From: Candidatus Iainarchaeum sp.
GTDB taxonomy: Archaea > Iainarchaeota > Iainarchaeia > Iainarchaeales > CSSED10-239
Assembly: GCA_028693335.1 (NCBI GenBank)
Contig: JAQUVR010000008.1
Span: 1 to 11,622 of the forward strand
Direction: 5' to 3'
Length of the DNA stretch: 11,622 bases
The notes under the pieces were generated by a model, which saw only the letters and a program-made list of their open reading frames with translations, searched no databases and was not told the DNA's origin. Positions within the stretch are counted from its first letter, which is position 1; every line of letters starts with the position of its first letter. Shown piece by piece: positions 7,205-11,622 of this stretch. The position numbers and the translations under genes are program-made.

Positions 7205-8716
7205 ATGCAATCTAAATTAATAGTAGCTCCAAAAAAATTTTATATAACAACTCCGATTTATTACATAAGTGATAAGATGCATTTAGGTCATTCATACACA
7301 ACAATAGCAGCAGATATTTTTGCTAGATATTATAGAATGATTGGGTCAGATGTTTTTTACTTAACAGGAACAGACGAACATGGATTAAAGATTCAACAAT
7401 CAGCAGAAAGTAAAGGACTAACTCCAAAACAATTAGTTGATGGTCTTGCAAATGATACAAAACAGTTATGGAAATTGTTAGACATATCTTATGATGAGTT
7501 TATTAGAACCACAGACAAAAAACATGAAGAACTTATAAAAATAATTGTTCAGAAAATGTTTGATAAAGGAGATATTTACCTTGGAGAATATGAAGGCTGG
7601 TATTGTAAGGGGTGTGAAAGTTATTTTACAGAAAAAGAAATTGAAAATGGCAAATGCCCAATAGGCCACGAAGTTTTTAAAGAAAAAGAAAAGGCTTATT
7701 TTTTTAAATTAAGTAAATATCAAGAATGGTTATTACAATATATAGAAGAGCACCCAGAATTTTTACAACCACAAACAAGAAAAAATGAAATGTTGTCTTT
7801 TATAAAAAATGGCTTAGATGATCTTTGTATTTCAAGAGAGGCAGTGTCTTGGGGAGTAAAATTGCCTTTTGATGATAAATACACTGTTTATGTTTGGGTT
7901 GATGCGTTGTTTAATTATTTATCAGGGTTAGACTATTTTGAAAATAAAGAAAAATATTCTAAATATTGGCCACCTGATTTACAATTAATGGGTAAAGAAA
8001 TTTTTAGATTTCACACAATTTATTGGCCAATTTTTTTAAAATCTGTGGACTTAGAAATTCCAAAAATTGAATTTGCTCATGGATGGTGGACTGTTGAAGG
8101 TCAAAAGATGTCAAAGTCTTTTGGGAATGTTATTTATCCTGATGTATTTATTGAAGAGTACGATTTAGACACCTACAGATATTATTTATTTAGAGAAGTT
8201 TCTTTTGGAGAAGATGGATCATTTTCAATAAAGACTGTAAAAGAAAGAATAAACAATGAACTGGTTGCAACACTTGGTAATCTTTTTTCAAGAGTATTGA
8301 CTCTTGCTCAAAAAAGAGAGAAAACTTTTACTTATTTTACAGATGAATTATCAGAAAAGGTTGAAGAAAAAATTGCTGAAATACACAAGGGGTATACACA
8401 AATAAATTTATCAAAAGTTATATCAGAAATTTTTGAAATCTGTTTTCTTGCAAATAAGTATGTTCAAGATAATAAACCATGGGAGTTAATCAATACAGAT
8501 CCAGAAAAATTTGATCAAGTTATATATGTTCTTTTAGAGACTTTAAGGATTGTTGCTGTTGAATTATCACCCATAATGACTAAAAAATATAAAATTATGT
8601 TTGATCAATTAGGGTTAGATCTAGATGATAAAAATAATTATTTACTAGAATTTAGTAATATTATGGAAAATAAAAAAGTAAAAAAAGGAGAATATCTTTT
8701 TGTAAAAAAAGAATAA
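7205..8716 (+). CDS. metG: Methionine--tRNA ligase, short single-zinc-knuckle form without a C-terminal tRNA-binding domain, 503 aa
   Basis: Track ORF starting 21 nt after pheT. The HIGH motif reads KFYITTPIYYISDKMHLGHSYTTIAADIFARYYRMIGSDVFYLTGTDEHGLKIQ, and the KMSKS motif reads GQKMSKSFGNV. There is one knuckle, CKGC...CPIGH (C134, C137, C151, H155; nt 7604-7669). The protein ends shortly after the anticodon-binding helices. Confidence 0.95.
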   Translation: MQSKLIVAPKKFYITTPIYYISDKMHLGHSYTTIAADIFARYYRMIGSDVFYLTGTDEHGLKIQQSAESKGLTPKQLVDGLANDTKQLWKLLDISYDEFIRTTDKKHEELIKIIVQKMFDKGDIYLGEYEGWYCKGCESYFTEKEIENGKCPIGHEVFKEKEKAYFFKLSKYQEWLLQYIEEHPEFLQPQTRKNEMLSFIKNGLDDLCISREAVSWGVKLPFDDKYTVYVWVDALFNYLSGLDYFENKEKYSKYWPPDLQLMGKEIFRFHTIYWPIFLKSVDLEIPKIEFAHGWWTVEGQKMSKSFGNVIYPDVFIEEYDLDTYRYYLFREVSFGEDGSFSIKTVKERINNELVATLGNLFSRVLTLAQKREKTFTYFTDELSEKVEEKIAEIHKGYTQINLSKVISEIFEICFLANKYVQDNKPWELINTDPEKFDQVIYVLLETLRIVAVELSPIMTKKYKIMFDQLGLDLDDKNNYLLEFSNIMENKKVKKGEYLFVKKE

Positions 8717-8729
8717 TCTTTATTTTTTT
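8704..8729. terminator. Reciprocal oligo-T terminator candidates at the metG/aIF5A convergent junction
   Basis: The two stop codons are 3 nt apart (8716 and 8720). T7 at 8723-8729 lies 7 nt downstream of the metG stop and is at the same time the KK(R) codons of aIF5A on the other strand. A7 at 8704-8710, which is T7 on the minus strand, lies just downstream of the aIF5A stop and is the KK codons at the end of metG. Archaeal RNA polymerase terminates at oligo-T tracts. Confidence 0.35.
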
Positions 8730-9115
8730 CTAGATATTTTTATTAAAGAACCAGCTTTCATATATTCTATTTCTACGCCAGGTCCTAAATCTTCAAATTC
8801 TGCTTTATCAACTTCATATGTTTTATAATCCGCAGTGTCCATTATTTGATACTTGGTTCCAAGATCTGCAATTATCTGTGCATTTCCTTTATCTATGATA
8901 GGAACTTCTACATCTTCAGAACTTGGTTTTAATAAATTCATTTTTTGTCCAGAAAACACAGCTGTTGCTGTCATTCTTACTTTTGCTGCACCGTGTTTTC
9001 CTGGTTTTGATTTTGCGATGGTATCTATTCTACAGATAACATCATCAATTACAATAAATTGTTTTTCCTTTAATTGCCCAACTTGTGCAAATTTTATTTC
9101 AAAATCTCTTGCCAT
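8720..9115 (-). CDS. eif5a: Translation initiation factor 5A (aIF5A), 131 aa
   Basis: Track ORF. It carries the hallmark hypusine loop SKPGKHGAAKVRM, with the modified Lys at residue 40 (codon at nt 8996-8998). The N-terminal SH3-like and C-terminal OB-like segments and the ~130 aa length are typical. A GGGG(A) Shine-Dalgarno-like motif lies about 7 nt upstream of the ATG on the minus strand. Confidence 0.95.
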   Translation of the reverse strand: MARDFEIKFAQVGQLKEKQFIVIDDVICRIDTIAKSKPGKHGAAKVRMTATAVFSGQKMNLLKPSSEDVEVPIIDKGNAQIIADLGTKYQIMDTADYKTYEVDKAEFEDLGPGVEIEYMKAGSLIKISRKK

Positions 9116-9259
9116 ATTTTTTCCCCATTTCTAATTATTGTTAAGTCATATTTATTAAAATTAATTAAATAGCAACTATATTACTAAAATAAATATATAT
9201 ACATGTTTTTAAATATGTTTTGTTTAACAATTACTATATTATTTTAATAATTATATTTG

Positions 9260-9310
9260 TGGATCTGGGCCGTACTAGATCAAAATAGTTTTTGGTTATA
9301 TAAGACCAAT
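9260..9310 (+). promoter_or_regulatory. Candidate promoter (TATA box) and upstream GC-rich palindromic operator-like site for the 9333-11622 operon
   Basis: TTATATAA at 9296-9303 lies 30-37 nt upstream of ATG 9333 and is flanked by the short inverted repeat TTGGT (9292-9296) / ACCAA (9305-9309). Just upstream, GATCT (9262-9266) N10 AGATC (9277-9281) encloses GGGCCGTACT. This is the only G+C-rich island in any intergenic spacer of the window. Confidence 0.3.
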
Positions 9311-9332
9311 ATAAAAAAAGAAAATAGGAGTA

Positions 9333-9806
9333 ATGATACTTATGTTAAAAGTATTTAGAATGTTTTTCAAAGAAGATTGTCAACCAAAAGAATCCAGAAG
9401 AAACAATATTGCAGTTTTTGTTGATGGACCAAATATTTTAAGAAAAGAATTTAACATTGATCTTTCAAAAATAAAATCACAATTATTAAAAGACGGTTCA
9501 TTAAAAATTGCAAGAGTTTATTTAGATCAATATGCAACAGACAAATTAATAGAAGCAGTAGTGAATTTAGGATTTGAAACAATAATTACTGTTGGAGATG
9601 TTGATGTTGCAATGGCAGTTGATGCTACAGAGGCTTCATTTAACAAAGATATAGACACTGTTGTTTTTATTACTAGAGATTCAGATTATTTGCCAGCAAT
9701 TTTAAAAGCAAAAAAACAAGGTAAAAAAACAATTGTTTATTTAGTAGAGGAAGGCTCTGCAGTTGCTTTAAAAAATACAGTTGATAGAGTTGTGTTTATT
9801 AAATAA
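9333..9806 (+). CDS. NYN/LabA-like (PIN-related) domain protein, small archaeal TIGR00288-like type, 157 aa
   Basis: Track ORF. The conserved acidic-residue blocks of the NYN fold are present: NIAVFVDGPNILRK, ITVGDVDVAMAVDATE and TVVFITRDSDYLPAILKAKKQGKKTIVYL. An AGGAG motif at 9326-9330 is only 2 nt from ATG 9333, so ATG 9342 is an alternative start. Confidence 0.7.
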   Translation: MILMLKVFRMFFKEDCQPKESRRNNIAVFVDGPNILRKEFNIDLSKIKSQLLKDGSLKIARVYLDQYATDKLIEAVVNLGFETIITVGDVDVAMAVDATEASFNKDIDTVVFITRDSDYLPAILKAKKQGKKTIVYLVEEGSAVALKNTVDRVVFIK

Positions 9807-9820
9807 ATGTGTGTTAAACC

Positions 9821-10315
9821 ATGAATTTACCAGTAACAAATCCAATAGTCAAAAATGTTTTTTTGGAACAAATAGTTCCAGAAAAATTATTTTTAGATCT
9901 TGCAGAAAAGAAATTTACTGGTTATTTATATTTGGTTGTTGATGGGAAAAATGGTTTTGAGGAATCAATATTAATACTATCAAAAGGATCTATTATTGGA
10001 GCAATATATATAATTGAATTTTTTGAAATTGAAATGTATGGAAAAAGTGCAATAAATTTTTCAATTAACTCATATGGTCACAACCTTGGTCAATTTGATA
10101 TATTTGAGTTAACTGAAGATCAAATAAAATTAATATTATTATTTAATGATAAAATAAAATTTAATTACCCAATAAATAATAAAAAAGGAAATTTTTTTGA
10201 AAAAATAAATTATGATCAAAATTTAATAGATTCACTATTAAAAGAAAAAATGCAAAACAATCTTACTCAAAAAGATATTCTTGATGAGCATGGATTAGAT
10301 GAGTTATTAAAGTAA
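9821..10315 (+). CDS. Hypothetical protein, possible PATAN/DUF4388-like domain (perhaps the archaeal DUF2226-type family), 164 aa
   Basis: Track ORF starting 14 nt after the NYN gene. The segment LFLDLAEKKFTGYLYLVVDGKNGFEESILILSKGSIIGAIY...MYGKSAINFSINS...GQFDIFELTEDQ follows the pattern I associate with PATAN/DUF4388 domains (x-TG-x-L-x-h, then h-x-x-G-x-I-h-x-A, G-x-x-A-h, G-x-F-x-h). The assignment is by eye only. Confidence 0.45.
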   Translation: MNLPVTNPIVKNVFLEQIVPEKLFLDLAEKKFTGYLYLVVDGKNGFEESILILSKGSIIGAIYIIEFFEIEMYGKSAINFSINSYGHNLGQFDIFELTEDQIKLILLFNDKIKFNYPINNKKGNFFEKINYDQNLIDSLLKEKMQNNLTQKDILDEHGLDELLK

Positions 10316-10329
10316 AAAGGTGCAAACAA

Positions 10330-10770
10330 ATGTTTTCAGCAATATCAAAATTAGTTACAAGAATTTCTGCAAAAGTATTAAATGTAGAAGACTATAGTAG
10401 AGATAATTGTTTATCTTCATTATTAGAATATAAGCCAATATTTATTCATTCAGTTGATTTAACAGATTTTTTAATGAAATTAAGAGTTAAGCATTTAATA
10501 AATGATATCATCATTACAGATTTAGATGGTGTAATAGTTGCAAGCACTAGTAAAGATCTAAAAGAAGGATTTAAGAGTGCTGCGATGTATAACTATATTA
10601 ATTCCGAATTAAATAAATTATCTATTATTTTAATAGAATCTGATGGATGGCACATAATTTTTAAAAATCAAGAAAACATATATTTTATGAAAGCAAACGA
10701 TTCTTTATCAAGAATAGAAGTTACAACCATAATTGATGAGATCGATGGATTTCTAAAGTGTATTGTTTAA
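10330..10770 (+). CDS. Hypothetical protein, possible Roadblock/LC7 (MglB-like) fold, 146 aa
   Basis: Track ORF starting 14 nt after the previous stop, with a good Shine-Dalgarno match AGGTG (10318-10322) 7 nt upstream of the ATG. INDIIITDLDGVIVASTSKDLKEGFKSAAMYNYINSELNKL...IILIESDGWHIIFKNQENIYFMKANDSLSRIEVTTIIDEIDGFLK fits the beta-beta-alpha-beta-beta-alpha Roadblock layout, with a h-h-D-x-D/K-G-h-h-h-A signature. The assignment is by eye only. Confidence 0.45.
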   Translation: MFSAISKLVTRISAKVLNVEDYSRDNCLSSLLEYKPIFIHSVDLTDFLMKLRVKHLINDIIITDLDGVIVASTSKDLKEGFKSAAMYNYINSELNKLSIILIESDGWHIIFKNQENIYFMKANDSLSRIEVTTIIDEIDGFLKCIV

Positions 10771-10811
10771 AATTATATTTATATTATATTTATTTAAATA
10801 CGTGAAACAAA

Positions 10812-11622
10812 ATGGGCGAAGTAATAGCAGTAGTATCCGGAAAAGGTGGGGTTGGTAAAACCACGCTTACAGGAAATTTAGGAATAGCATTATCAGAATT
10901 AGGTTTTTCAGTTATATTAATTGATGCAGATCTTGCAATGGCAAATTTAAGTTTGCTTATGGGCCTAAAAACACCACCAATAACAATACATGATGTGTTG
11001 TTAGGGTCTTCAGCTGTTGAAGATGCGATTTATGATGGGCCAAAAGGTGTGAAAGTTATCCCTGCTGGATTATCTCTTTCAGTTTATACAAGAGTAGATT
11101 CTGAGAGATTGGTTACAGTTGCAAAAAGCCTAAAAAACAAATATGATTTTGTATTAATTGACTCTCCTGCTGGTATTGAAAAGAATGTTTTAGCAGCAAT
11201 GTCAGCATCTTCTCAAATACTTTTAATAACAGAACCAACAGCACCATCTGTTGCTGATGCCTTCAAAGCAAAAATTGTTGCACAAAGATTAAATCAAAGA
11301 GTAATGGGCGTTGTTATAAATAAAGTAAGTAATGCTAAGGGAGAGATATCAGAGAAAGAAATAATGAAAATGTTAGAGTTACCTTCATTTGGTAAAGTTC
11401 CTTATTCTGAAGAAATTAGAGAATCTTTTTTATTAAAAAAAATAAAACCTACATTGATACACAATCCAAATTCATCATCAGCAAATTCTTTTAGGCATAT
11501 TGCAAGAAAAGTGTCTGGTAAAGAAATAGAAATTGCGTTAGAAGAAGAAAAAAACAAAAAACCTTTATTTGCTGGTTTAGTTATGGCACTTAAAAAAATG
11601 TTTTCAAAAAATAAAAAAAAGG
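10812..11622 (+). CDS. minD: MinD/ParA-family septum-site-determining-type ATPase (archaeal MinD) with a C-terminal amphipathic helix. 270 codons are visible and there is no stop before the window end.
   Basis: Not on the supplied ORF track because it is edge-truncated. My translation from ATG 10812 reads MGEVIAVVSGKGGVGKTTLTGNLGIALSELGFSVILIDADLAMANLSLLMGL...YDFVLIDSPAGIEKNVLAAMSASSQILLITEPTAPSVADAFK...GVVINKV...KKPLFAGLVMALKKMFSKNKKK. The deviant Walker A motif with signature lysine, SGKGGVGKT, lies at nt 10839-10862. The switch blocks DADLAMANLSLLMG and DSPAGIE closely match MinD. Confidence 0.9.
   Translation, partial: MGEVIAVVSGKGGVGKTTLTGNLGIALSELGFSVILIDADLAMANLSLLMGLKTPPITIHDVLLGSSAVEDAIYDGPKGVKVIPAGLSLSVYTRVDSERLVTVAKSLKNKYDFVLIDSPAGIEKNVLAAMSASSQILLITEPTAPSVADAFKAKIVAQRLNQRVMGVVINKVSNAKGEISEKEIMKMLELPSFGKVPYSEEIRESFLLKKIKPTLIHNPNSSSANSFRHIARKVSGKEIEIALEEEKNKKPLFAGLVMALKKMFSKNKKK

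Noticed and set aside
7478-7669. 63-aa minus-strand ORF inside metG
   Set aside because: It is antisense to the connective-peptide and zinc-knuckle region of MetRS and has Phe/Ile/Asn-rich composition.
4001-8716. Inteins, introns or domain insertions in the three aaRS genes
   Set aside because: The lengths (498, 555 and 503 aa) are normal for the families. The motifs are contiguous and there are no Cys/Ser...HN splice-junction blocks.
8853-9134. 93-aa plus-strand ORF overlapping aIF5A
   Set aside because: It is antisense to aIF5A, whose hypusine loop and overall sequence are unmistakable. An open opposite frame is expected by chance.
9203-9247. 14-codon micro-ORF (MFLNMFCLTITILF) in the aIF5A/NYN spacer
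   Set aside because: It has no Shine-Dalgarno motif or positioned TATA box. Short hydrophobic ORFs are expected by chance in A/T-rich spacers, and nothing in the sequence supports translation.
1-11622. CRISPR arrays, tRNA/rRNA genes, C/D-box sRNAs, transposases, integrases, long direct or inverted repeats, defence-system genes
   Set aside because: A visual scan found no regularly spaced repeats. I saw no GC-rich 70-90 nt blocks typical of tRNAs in AT-rich genomes, no RUGAUGA...CUGA pairs in the spacers, and no recombinase-like ORFs. The region looks like core housekeeping chromosome.
1-11622. Alternative genetic code (TGA or TAG reassignment)
   Set aside because: All conserved proteins translate uninterrupted under the standard code, and Trp is encoded by TGG. 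The absence of TGA stops among 11 genes is compatible with AT bias alone.

Overview
This is an AT-rich, very gene-dense archaeal chromosomal segment. By my coordinates only about 580 of 11622 nt are non-coding. Archaeal identity rests on a membrane-type LonB protease, aIF5A with an intact hypusine site, a two-subunit archaeal/eukaryotic-type PheRS and a MinD-family ATPase. The compactness, AT-richness and near-exclusive TAA stops suggest a small-genome (DPANN-like) archaeon, but that is inference only.

I support 12 protein genes:
- lonB (minus strand, truncated at the left edge)
- rnz
- a basic coiled-coil hypothetical
- a metallo-beta-lactamase (MBL)-fold hydrolase (minus strand)
- a secreted, C-terminally anchored hypothetical
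- pheS, pheT and metG
- aIF5A (minus strand)
- a four-gene co-directional cluster: NYN/LabA-like protein, PATAN/DUF4388-like protein, Roadblock/LC7-like protein and MinD (truncated at the right edge)

The two edge-truncated genes (lonB, minD) are absent from the supplied ORF track; I found them by translating the sequence myself. All eight antisense ORFs on the track look spurious. I see no rRNA, tRNA, CRISPR array, transposase, integrase or long repeat.

Most of the window is ordinary housekeeping. The best candidate for something undescribed is the NYN / PATAN-like / Roadblock-like / MinD operon at 9333-11622, a possible MinE-independent partner set for an archaeal MinD. The two middle domain calls were made by eye and need profile or structure confirmation. 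Secondary points are a bacterial-type (MetRS1-like) metG in an aaRS operon, reciprocal oligo-T terminators embedded in converging gene ends, and an HxHxDN variant metal motif in the MBL hydrolase.
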